DNA of 64,000 nucleotides from Paraspadella gotoi (taxonomy: Eukaryota; Animalia; Chaetognatha), in NCBI GenBank assembly GCA_051294375.1, contig CM119263.1:21374494-21438493 (forward strand), given 5' to 3'. The position numbers and the translations under genes were made by a program. Of this stretch, positions 53,334 to 64,000 are shown in pieces. The notes under the pieces are model-generated. The model searched no databases. It worked only from the letters and a program-made list of their open reading frames with translations, and was not told where the DNA came from. The number at the start of each line of letters is the position of its first letter. The first letter of the stretch is position 1.

Positions 53334-54350
53334 AATGATACTCATTCTGTTGTTTTCATGGGTCGGATAGGGAGAGAGAGAGAGATTGAGATGAGAATAG
53401 ACAAAGGAGAGATGACGATGAAGAGAGATTGATTTCGAGACGAGAAGAATGAGTGGGAGAAGATGGAGATGAGAGAGAGAGAGATTTTACGGATAGAAAG
53501 TGAGACAATGCCACCATAAAATCAAGAGAAAAAGAAACTGAAGCAAATAGAGAGAGTGAGAGCGAGACAAAAAAGGGAGCCAATTTATGACGTCACAACG
53601 CGTGGGCGTTTGACATCAATTGACCCCAAAAATGTCAAACATGAGGTCAGAGCATAAAATGGAGGACGCGTTTTGGAGGAAACGAATGAGGAAAGAGACG
53701 AAATGAAAAGAATGGAGATGAAAGGAGGAAAGAAGGAAGAAAAAAGAAGGAAAAGAAGAGAAATTTAAACAATTACGGGAACGAGATTGATAGACCTTAT
53801 AGATTAGAGAGTTTGTAATGAATTGCTTGATAAAGGCGACATATTTATCAATATTTATACTTTAAATATACTATAAATAATATTATTATGACTAAATTTT
53901 TATATACTAACGAGGAAGAAGAAAATTATTTTAAAAAAGGGGAAAAAACGGGATCGAAAGAGAAGAAAAAGAGCATCTCTCAATTTCTGAGCCTCGTTTC
54001 CGCAATTCGCTCTTTCATTACTTCTTCTTCTCCCAGAAATCAAGACGAATGTCGTCGCCATTTTATTTATTTTTCTTTCTCTTTTCATTTGCAAATTTCG
54101 TTTCTTTTTTTCGTCTCATTTGTTTTTCATTTCTTTTCTCTTTCGTCTTCATTTTCTCTTTATTTCTGCCTTTTATTTTCGAGGCGAGAATCATTTTTCG
54201 ACCGATTTTTGTTGTTTTATTGGGTTTTTCTTTTTCCGTGTTCGTGTCTCGGAATATTTTTTGAATGCATGCGTGTTTATAGGTCTAGGATGTACGTACT
54301 TTATTAAGGCGTGTAATTAATTTTAAAAGATAAAAAAAATCTTTACTTAC

Positions 54351-54355
54351 CTTAT
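54351..54355 (-). CDS. Candidate 5-nt microexon (ATAAG)
   Basis: Minus strand: ctaat (branch-like), ~65 nt of AG-free pyrimidine tract, then ttctcaatcag|ATAAG|gtaagt. Confidence 0.4.
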
Positions 54356-55277
54356 CTGATTGAGAATCCGAGGGAAGAGACAGGCAATGAAAAAAAAAGA
54401 ATAAACATCAAAAACAAAGAAAAGCTTAATTAGATAAAAAAGTTAAGTACTAGATTTTAGTATAGCATAGTATAGTCCTTTACACATGCTTCTAAAATAA
54501 AGACCGACATATTATGTAAGCTTTGCCATTCCTCATCCCTTCTCTGCCTCCGCGATTTATCTCAACTCCAATGTAGTTTCCTCCCATGTTACGATCTATT
54601 CATTTGTTTTTGTCGCCTCTCGCCAGATGGCGCATCGAAGTTAGGTCGCTTGTCTTCTGTTTATTTTTTGTTTACATTTCTCGTTAAGAGGAAGGTTCAT
54701 TCACCCTAACAATGCGTAATCTTTGATGTATTAGAGCTAATGCATCGAGAAATACATCGTAGTCATTAGTAATCACAAAAAAAATTACTTTTTATATGTA
54801 AGTATTTTGTTTTGAATATTTTTAAATAATAAAATAGTCAAGTTAAATCAGTAACCACATTTTTTAAAGATTTGTTTTTCAATGTGGTTGTTAAAAAATA
54901 AGAAGTTAAAACACGGTAAGGGATAATTTAGAAGGGGAGAGTTAAACAATTAATCTTGTTACTCTTTTGGTTTTTCAGTTTTGAAAAAAAACTTTAATTA
55001 AATAGATGGTAAAGAAATTCGATTTACACTGAATCTACACTGAATTTGTTTTGGCCTATTTTAAAGTTGATTTGAATGGCCCTTTTTCTTAACCGTTTTT
55101 ACGGAGAAAAAACTTAGAGAACGAAAAAATTAAAGATACAAGAATGAGCGAAGAGATAAATTTAGAAAAACGGAAAAGAAAAAGAAAAGAGAGATTTGGA
55201 GTCGTTTTTACTCTTAGACGTTAAGAGAAATGAGTTTCTCATTAGACTTTTTGACTGGCTTTTGAGAGAGAGAAGAG

Positions 55278-55323
<46 letters not shown>

Positions 55324-55376
55324 GAGAGCAGAGAGAGAGAAGAGAGAGAGAGAGAGAGTGAAAAACGATTACTTAC

Positions 55377-55800
55377 GCCAAATGGGGTTGGGCTATTAGC
55401 GGTATCATTAGGGCGGGCATTTCGTCCTCGTTGTGACTTTCTCGCCATCATCGCCCGCAACTCGTAACCCATAAGCCACAATACCCCAATGCATCGATAC
55501 CCCAGTGCCCCATGGTCAGCCTCAAAGCCTTGGAACACCGAAGCCCCGGCGTTGCGACTCCCGCCGCCAGAATGAATAGAGGTCGGTGGCGCGTCAATAC
55601 GAAAGTCGCTTCTTCAGAAGAACGAGCGACCTGATTAGTCGATGTCAGTCGAAAGCCAGAAATCGCTTTTTCGGTCACGGCCACTCCGGCAGCCTTAGTA
55701 GTGATAGTGACAGGGACGGTGACAGTGAAAGCGTCATGTATCACTCCCTGATCACTAGGCTGACTGTTTGTGACTGTTTCTCATCAGGGGATGGGAAAGA
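55377..55800 (-). CDS. 424-nt exon, mostly uORF-rich 5' UTR, with two overlapping open exit frames (MGYELRAMMARKSQRGRNARPNDTANSPTPFG phase 0; MPALMIPLIAQPHL phase 2)
   Basis: Acceptor ttttttccccttttctcag| at 55801 and donor GGC|gtaagt at 55376. Sharp switch to balanced, complex composition between these sites. ATGs at 55472 and 55420. Product not recognised. Confidence 0.6.
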
Positions 55801-56292
55801 CTGAGAAAAGGGGAAAAAAATTATGTGCATAAAAATGAGAACATTTTGGGGAGAATAAGACAATGAACGAGAGAACCCGGTTCTAAGAGAAAAATGATTC
55901 GAAGAAAAAGAAAATCATCAAATCACTACAAAAATGACTCTTCATTGGAAAAAGCGGAAAATAATGAAGAGAGAAAATGAAAGAGTGACGAAGAAAGTTA
56001 TGAGGTAAAGAGGCGGCTTTCCATTAACGATGATGACTCTTAATTAATTTGTTTCGCTCAATTATGGAACCGCAAACTTGGTTGCTGAGAAATCTAAGTA
56101 TCGCGGCGCCTTCTTTTATATTTTATATTTTATATTTGATGATCGATTGATTTTTTAACTAAAAATGTGGGGTTTTTTCACAATTAGGGAAATACTTTCT
56201 CTTGTCGCTCCCACCTTCCCCTTTCTCTCGGGAGACCAAGACGCCGACAGCGACGATGTCACTGTCACCGATGCCGACAATGACGCCGACAA

Positions 56293-56295
<3 letters not shown>

Positions 56296-56375
<80 letters not shown>
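56296..56375. repeat. (CT)n microsatellite
   Basis: Pure dinucleotide run. Confidence 0.97.
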
Positions 56376-56378
<3 letters not shown>

Positions 56379-56548
56379 TTTCGATTCTTCTTTTCCATAT
56401 TTCCAGGTATTTTTATTTTTCTTGTCGGAATTAATAATGTAAAAACCGGGAATCGACACCTGCGACTTTTTTTTTATCGCCGTCAAAGTCATCAGAGCGA
56501 CGGCAGCGACGCCGACTCTTGTTTTCTCCGCATTTTGCTCTTTTTTTC

Positions 56549-56586
<38 letters not shown>

Positions 56587-57189
56587 GAAAATGGGAATTT
56601 TTTCAGAGAGGAAAATTTCATTTTGTTCGAAAAAAAATTTTTCAAGGTTCTCAGTCACATTATCTGCTGAGATTAATCGCCGTAGCATATACGGATCTGT
56701 TTGTAGTGCAAGTGTATCATCAAATGTAGTGGTCATTTAGTCAGTACCCTATCATATTATTTAAGACATTTTTTGAACAACAATTTATATTTTTTATACA
56801 ATTCGTAAACCATTTTACTATATCCATTCAAAATAATTCTTTTGACATCATGGATTCTTTAAACTCATTTGCATATTGTCATAAACGCATTTCTTACATT
56901 TATATTAGAAAAATGACTTATCAAGGAACTTCGTAATCCATAATTTATTTATAAACTCACAAATTAAATTTTTATTTCTAACAACTCTTTAATTCTATTT
57001 CAAATTTACATTAATTTTAACAAATCTTGAAATAAAATAAACAACGTTAAAGTCACTTCTTTCTATTTAAAACATACAAGAAAATATTCTGATCCCATCT
57101 TGTCAATATGTCAATATATCTATGACCAAACTTTGTCAATGGGGTGGGTCAGAAGTTTGATTTGAGAACCTTCCCAAATGAAACTTCAT

Positions 57190-57620
57190 ACATTTCTGAG
57201 AAAGCTTTCAATGGACCAAAATTTTCTAGCACTAGTAATTAATTTTTTGATATTTATTTATAGATAGGAAATGTCAAAAAATTTTTTTTGAATTTTGTAT
57301 TTTTAAAAGCAGATTCAGATAGCTTATTGTTGTTGTCTACACAAAGTATAATTCTTTTTTCAATATTCTGATGATAAATGGGTCAAAATTGGAAAAACCT
57401 TAAAAAATCATCCTCATCATCATCATCCGATGATTTTAATAGTTTTTGCTAATTTTTAATAATAAAACATCAAAATTTTAAAAAGTTGTAATTACATTTT
57501 TGTTTAACTTTTTGAGCTCTATCAGAATCAATTAAAAACAATTTTTGACATTATATAGCAATATAATAATTTTAATTAACTAATTACTACTCATGGTTCG
57601 GAACATTTTTGCATAAAAAT
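57190..57620. mobile_element. Degenerate palindromic (fold-back MITE-like) element
   Basis: Imperfect arms about a centre near 57420: aatgtcaaaaatt...gattcagatagct...aaaatcatc versus gatgatttt...gagctctatcagaatc...aatttttgacatt. Ends and TSD not resolved. Confidence 0.5.
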
Positions 57621-58266
57621 ATTTTAACACAATAACTAATACTAATAATGGATTCGTTTAATGCTGTTCCCATTAAAATTTAAATTTGGTCGGCTACCGC
57701 TACTATTAGGCAGTCGATTTCCATTTAAACTTAAAGTAAAGTTAGTGTGGGAGTAGAAATAGTAATTATCTTTCACAAATTTGTCTAATAAAAACTGTTA
57801 CCGTTTTTTCCCCCAAAACAAAGATAAAACCCATGTTTGTATCTTCATATTTTTATATTTTCACAAATCTGATCATTTTACAACTATTTAGCTAATTAAT
57901 TTTTATTCATTATTTTTATCTCCTAAATACCCTCCCAAACCTAATTGAGACGCAAAACAAAGTCACATCCAAAGAACTGGCCTATGGACAATAGAGCGTA
58001 GTGAAAGTTACGTACGGAAATTCTAAAAGTCAATTATGAACAACATATCAGTGAACATTAATTTGTAAAAAATATTATTTTATGTTTTTTAATTTTTGCA
58101 GTAGCTATATTTATATATTTATATATATTTATATATATATATATTTATATATATATTTATATATAGTACTATCCTTATAAAATCGAAAATTTTCAAAATA
58201 GGCTTTTTTTAATTTTGATTGCAATTTGAATTCCTCGTCAAAAGTTGATAAAGAAAATATAAATCA

Positions 58267-58448
58267 GTTTGTAGAGTCATCACATGCACTGTTTAATTTA
58301 TGATTAAGAAACGTGAATTTGGGATCATGCAGTACTCACTTCACTCTTACCCTGAACGATGATCTGTCAAATAAGATCGAAATATGGTTTTCTATAAAAG
58401 AAAAAAAAATACTGACACTTGATCCAAATTCGACGTTTTCTTAATCAT
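58267..58448 (+). mobile_element. ~180-bp Penelope-like mini-insertion (13-bp TSD, inverted repeat, hammerhead-like motif)
   Basis: aaaatataaatca duplicated at 58254-58266 and 58449-58461. Absent from the 13289 copy. Inverted repeat at 58297-58334 / 58410-58451 encloses the ribozyme-like motif. Confidence 0.7.
58349..58388 (+). ncRNA. Degenerate minimal hammerhead ribozyme-like motif
   Basis: ACC-CTGAA(C)GAT-GATCT-gtcaaata-AGATC-GAAA-TAT-GGT: core, 5-bp stem II and a 3-bp stem I. As written it has one extra core nucleotide and no proper NUH triplet. Confidence 0.5.
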
Positions 58449-58770
58449 AAAATATAAATCATTTTAAAAAAATCTTTCATTAAGTGGGTTACAAAATTAA
58501 AAAAAACTATATTTAATATATAAAAAATTAATTTTCAGCTTAAAATAATAGTTTTTTCAATTTTTGACCCACTTAATGAAGGAATTTTTGAAAAGTTTAT
58601 ATTCTTTTTATCAACTTTTTATGACAAATCCAAATCTGCAAAAAAATCTTAGAAAAAAACTGTTTTGAATTTTAACAATTATTGATTAGTACTAGGTATA
58701 AATATGGCCTACTGCGTAAATTGTAAAATTTATTATAATTTTTTTTATTACATAAATGTTTTCATTAGTA

Positions 58771-61708
58771 GACGAGAATCTTGCTTAAAAAAAAATTCAA
58801 CATTTTTCTAATAGAGAATTCCGTTCAAATCTGACTACCCAAATTGCAAACGCGTTTGCCAGAAATTTGGTTAAAAAACACTTGATAAAAAACGCACGAT
58901 TCCGAGAGTGTTACATCTGAAGAGTTGTCCTATTCGTTTCTATGGCATTTGATAAAGGATTTTAATATCAAACAAGCCAGGGAAATGCACTACTCATCTT
59001 CGGAGAATTTTCAAACCTCATTTTTACTATAGAAATGAAAGGGAAAGTTTACAAACTTAAATTGCAAACGGGTTGCTATATGTTCCTGTTACATGAGCGA
59101 CTTCGACTTTCGCGATTCTGATAGCTTTGTATCCGAAGAGCTTGTCCTATTTTTCTTTTTTCATTTTATAATGATTTTGACATAAAATAGATTCCTCCAT
59201 AAATTTTTTAATTTGTCAGAACGTTTTTCTCTTTTTTTTCCATATTTTTTGACACGCTAAACGTTTCTGTGATTACTCAAAATTTCATGAAAAAAAATAA
59301 AAAATTAATAGTACCAATAGTTAGTGTTATGTCTCGAATAGATGGAAAAAAAACCTCGTTTAAAAATTCGATCGGAAGTGGGGTAACTAAGGCTTACCAA
59401 TGGCATCCTCCACGCCAATCGTTCTCTCAAATAATTTTTTTTATTTAATACATTTGAAAGGGAAAAAAGAAAATTCAGAATGCAGGGTTGCAGAAAGGGT
59501 ACAGATATATGGACATACTGACATGATAATCATGACCTTTTATGTCTTGTGAAAGGGGGGCAGTAAAGAAACCTAAAAAATTCGATCATTAAGTCAGTCA
59601 ATGATCCCTTTCCAATGGCTATTCCGCGAAATTTTTTTTCTTAATTTAAACGGATGATAAGTAATAGAATTAAATTCCTTGTATAAAGGTTGTTATATTT
59701 TTAAAAAAAATTATCAATACAAATAAACACAATGATGTCTTGCTTTGTCAAATATGTCACCAGCTATGTAATTTTTTAAAATTTTTATTATGATAAACAA
59801 GCAGCGTGTCAAGCTTTTTGTTTGCAGTTGAAGATAATGGAAAATGACAATTTTTTTCACGGACAAGAAGGTAGATGTCCAGACTCTTTATATCAATCTG
59901 AAAATATTTTTGTATTTATCATTTTCATATTTAAAAAAACATTTCATCCAGCTACTTCATAAATTTTTGCTTGTTTTTACTTTAACTAAAAAAATACTAA
60001 GCAAATTTATAAAGTAGAGCAAATTTAATGATAATCAAAATGTAATTTAGTCTTTCCTTTTTCAATTACGAAAGAAGCAAAAAAAATTTCACAAGCCTTC
60101 ATTGAAATTTTTAATGCAAAAAACTGTTATACTTTTAACTCCGATTTAAATAAAAGCTGTGTAAAGATTTATGGATAAAATTTAATAAAACTATTTCCGA
60201 GGGTGTCCCATGATTAGGGCTTTAATTTAATACCTCACCCACTTTCCTACCTCTTTTCTTTCCAAAAGTTATTCAAGAAATAACTTTTTTTACCGTGAGA
60301 GAACTAAGGATTTGAACTACGCAGTACAAATCTTTGTTAAATAAAAATTTCGGCAAAGCGGGAGTATCTCAATTATCCTATTGTACAATACCTAAATTTT
60401 CCGTCCTCTAGAGACATATCACTTTCAGGTTTACCTATCGTCCTTACACATTTAAGGATTATGCTGGAAGAAATCAGCAAAACGTTTTCTCTTTTTTTTA
60501 AATAGTTTGTACTAGCGCGTCAGAAATCTAAGAGAAACTCGAAAATTTTATTCTGACAAATTATGCCTTTCAAGGCTTGACGTTTATGACTATATCTCGG
60601 AAACCATTGTAGGGAATTTAAAAACGGTTTTTTTGCAAGTGAACATTGATATCATCCTCCAGGGACCGGCATAAAAATATATAAAAAAAAAAAAAAAACT
60701 AATATTGGCTCTCGAGTGAGGTATCTACATAAAATGATCAGGTTTAAATGAAATAGTCCGGTTTGAATCGCGAAATTTTTATTTAAAAGAAATTAAAAGG
60801 AAGGTTGAGAAAAAAACTGATTTTTCCTAATATCTTTTGAAGGAATAAAGATAAAGAGATGGTAATAGTACGAAAATGAAGCCATAATCATAGGGCACAT
60901 ACAAGATACAATTTTAGAATTACTTATGCTGAAACCTCCTTACAGGGTGAGTGTCAAACTAAGTCAAAATTATAATGAATTTTAAAACTAATGACACCCC
61001 ATAAGAATAAATGAAAATTTAATTCTTTTTAATGATTCTGAAAGAAAAAAGGCTAAATTGTACTCTAGTAAAACTTTAAAGTTTTTGGATAAAGAAAATG
61101 TGAATTTTTTGTCACTTAAATATTTGCTTGTCTGATTTTACAAGCATGCTTTACAAAATTCTACAAAATATTATTCACCCATCACGCCTAAGTATTTATC
61201 CTTATTTTTCCACCAGCAAAAAGTAAACATTATTTTATGCTAGAGAACAGGGATGTTTACTGAATGAGCCGAAGACATTCAACTTCTTCACTTTACTGTC
61301 ATTTTCAATAATAAAATAGGCGAATTTTTAAATTATTTAACTCTCACAGGCTTCACAAGACATTATACTTTCATAATATCCCAATGTTAACTGTAATTTA
61401 TTATATTTTTACCCAGAAATCATATAATAACAGAAAGTTGTGGATTCCCTTCGCTCGTTTAAGAAAAAAAAAAATTAACTAGCGGAATGATAAGTTATGT
61501 AAGAGGAAGTCAGAATCGGCGAAAATCTTAAAAGGCGAGAATGTTGAAAAAAAGGGGTGAATTTTGATGGTTTCTAAGATTCTCCACAATGTGAGGTCCG
61601 ATTAAAGGCGAAACTTGAGATTAATTATTCCCGTCATTCTACATCTATTCGATATAAAAATATAAGAAAAAAGTTACTGGCTTCGTTTTTCTATAGCGGC
61701 TTTCCTGA
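58771..61708. mobile_element. ~2.9-kb non-coding nested insertion with an 8-9-bp TSD (unclassified DNA-transposon derivative)
   Basis: tcattagta at 58762-58770 and 61709-61717; the empty site aaatgttcattagtataatg is seen at ~14005-14025. Internal direct repeat (ttgcaaacg...gattc...gaagag(c)ttgtcctatt at ~58843-58935 and ~59062-59152). No ORF and no clear TIRs. Confidence 0.7.
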
Positions 61709-61864
61709 TCATTAGTATAATGTTGTTCGTTCCTCGACTTTTAGAATTTTAATTAAAATTACATTTAGAAATTTTACTACGCCTTAATGGACAATGAATA
61801 CTCGTCGCCAAAAATAAAAGGAGAGTACCGTTTGCAGATGAAATAAATAAAGTAAATAGTTAAC

Positions 61865-62057
61865 CTACAGAAATGTTTGGTTGTAAACCTTTCCGAATTT
61901 CCTTGATAGAAGCTGCCTCTTATGTGATTCTTTTCCAGACACGCATACAACGGTCAAGATGTCACGCTTCTCCCTTCCCGATTCCCTTCGCCCAAACAGG
62001 ATCGCGAACCAAAGAACCACTGATCTCAGTCTCAGACTCAACCGTCACTCTCCCCCT
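61865..62057 (-). other. Candidate non-coding (5' UTR) exon
   Basis: Strong minus-strand acceptor tttttgattcttttccattttcag| at 62058 followed by complex sequence. The donor is uncertain (tag|gttaac at 61864). Confidence 0.3.
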
Positions 62058-63393
62058 CTGAAAATGGAAAAGAATCAAAAACAATAAAACCTGTGAAGAT
62101 CATGTGTCTTAACAAACTCCGATATTTCATTTTAATTCTTTTAACACGACATTTACGTCATTCGAGATTTAAAAAACCTTGCTCCATGTTAAAGCCAGTT
62201 CAACCTACGGCCGACGAATCAAACGCGCTACCCTCAAGGCATATAAAATAATAAACATTTTCTACATAAACATTTTCTCTAGCGTGTTTAATTACCTCGA
62301 TTTTTCGTTCATAACTTCGTTCATCGATTCGTACATCATTTTTCTACATTTATTCTACATTTATTCTACTTTTATTCTACATTTATTCTTGATTTCTTCG
62401 TGATTTATTTTATATTCGAGATTTTACATTCTCAGTAGCTTTACAGCTCTCTCCAGGTTAAAGAATTGCATCCCCTACGAGCCTTCGGTGGAAATCTCTC
62501 GAAACCCCGAGAGTTGAAGCAAAGGATTCGACAGACGTTTTTCGGGTTACAAGATTGTAAAAATGGATAAAAATAGATAAAAATGGATTTGTATGCAGAT
62601 TGTAGACTCCGTGTCAATCCTTTCCTTTTTTCATTTAAACATTGAGCAATAATAGTAATTATTAAAAATTGAAATAGAATAACGACGCCTTATCGGAATA
62701 AAGGGCGCTTCGTTTCCGACTCATCATCGAAATTTCCCACCAAAAAAAAAAAGAAATTTAAATTAGAGATCAAGTTACAAATTGGAGACGACGTTTCATC
62801 GGGATGAGGCTTCGAGTCTCCGGTCAAGCGGAACTAATGAAGAAAAAGAAAAAGTTCGTGTGTCTGCGGCGAAGCGCTTGATTCTCCTGGGCGGTTGACG
62901 GGAAATTGGAGATAAAAATTGTAAATCGTCCATAGAAATACGATAAAAATTCATAGAAAAGAAAGTGTTTTTCTTTAAATTTACGATAAGTTTATTAAAT
63001 TTAAAGAATACCAGAAGAAAATGAACAATTGAAAAATTATTGCCTTGGCATTTCGTATCTTTTTTTATAAGGGTAAAAGATAATCCTTAAATAAATAAAA
63101 AGATATTTCTGCGAATTTTTCACGAGAATTCAGTGACTTGTCGTTGTTGTCGTACATCGAGTGACCAACTGACCATCGCGCGCGAATGACGAATTTCGGC
63201 GACGAATCCAAATGTCATCGGAATTCGATTCAATCGACAGAAATTTAGGTCACAAACGCGGAAAGACTTTTTCAATTTGGAAGCTGAGTAATAAATTATC
63301 ACTGAACTTAAAAATAGCTTTACATACGTACAAGTCGACAAAAAAAAGAGAGAGAGAGAGAAGAGAGAGAGAAGAAGAGTGAGAGAGAGAGAC

Positions 63394-63456
<63 letters not shown>

Positions 63457-63903
63457 CTTATTAATTACACTCCAAATTAAAAAAAAGAGCGAGAGATAGA
63501 GAGCCTTACCCAGAAAAAAGGGATCGTCGAGAGCGAAATCCTGCGGGAATCTCCGCGACTTAATCGATCGCCCCGGGGATGTCGAGGGGGGGGGAAAGAA
63601 AAAAGGGGGAGGAATTCTTCGCTTAAAAAGCCCCGAGGGCGGTCGCCGTGGGGCGGAGGGCGAGGGGAAGTGACGGGTTCTCGTCCCGACTTCCATGCCC
63701 TCGAACGAGGATCGCCTCAATTGACGCCCGCGGGGTTTCAAAAAGTCGCGTCGATAAAAACTTTCTTCTTTTGTAATGAGAAAACCACGAAGTCATTTTT
63801 TATTCTTTAGAGGAAAGACACAAACGGGACATACGACGCGTTCTGTTACACGAGAGGAGAGAGAAGAGAGAGAGAGGAGAGAGAGAGAGAGAGAAGGAGA
63901 GAG

Positions 63904-63935
<32 letters not shown>

Positions 63936-64000
63936 GGAGATTCATAATTTTTATATAATTATACAAGAAAGAAGATCCTTGTATTTATAGAGCATCGACA

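Larger units (their letters stand above)
57992..61786 (+). mobile_element. Independent copy of the 8-bp-TSD fold-back MITE, expanded by two nested insertions
   Basis: TSD atggacaa at 57984-57991 and 61787-61794. Termini tagagcgtagtgaaag...attttactacgcctta. Colinear with 13289-14085 once 58267-58448 and 58771-61708 are removed. Confidence 0.85.

Overview
Eukaryotic, AT-rich, microsatellite-dense DNA from a gapped draft assembly, almost all non-coding. It looks arthropod/insect-like, which is inferred from splice signals, a TATCGATA motif and the repeat types. Nearly all ORFs in the supplied track are translations of (GA)n/(CT)n/purine tracts or N gaps. I see no complete protein-coding gene, rRNA, tRNA or CRISPR array. 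About 21 kb is redundant: 16324-26258, 29141-34200 and 41352-47851 re-read neighbouring sequence with heavy indel noise, and each follows an exactly 25-N spacer, typical of long-read gap-filling artefacts. Real biology that can be supported: (1) a family of ~0.8-kb fold-back non-autonomous DNA transposons with 8-bp TSDs (three loci, one carrying two nested insertions); (2) two unrelated insertions with TSDs, an inverted repeat and a minimal hammerhead-ribozyme-like motif, Penelope-like in architecture, one present in only one of two allelic copies; (3) scattered minus-strand exon candidates suggesting the 5' region of a large multi-promoter gene I cannot name, including a possible 5-nt frame-switching microexon; (4) regulatory motif clusters, notably three TCACGTGA E-boxes spaced exactly 21 bp apart. 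All alignments and structures were made by eye.
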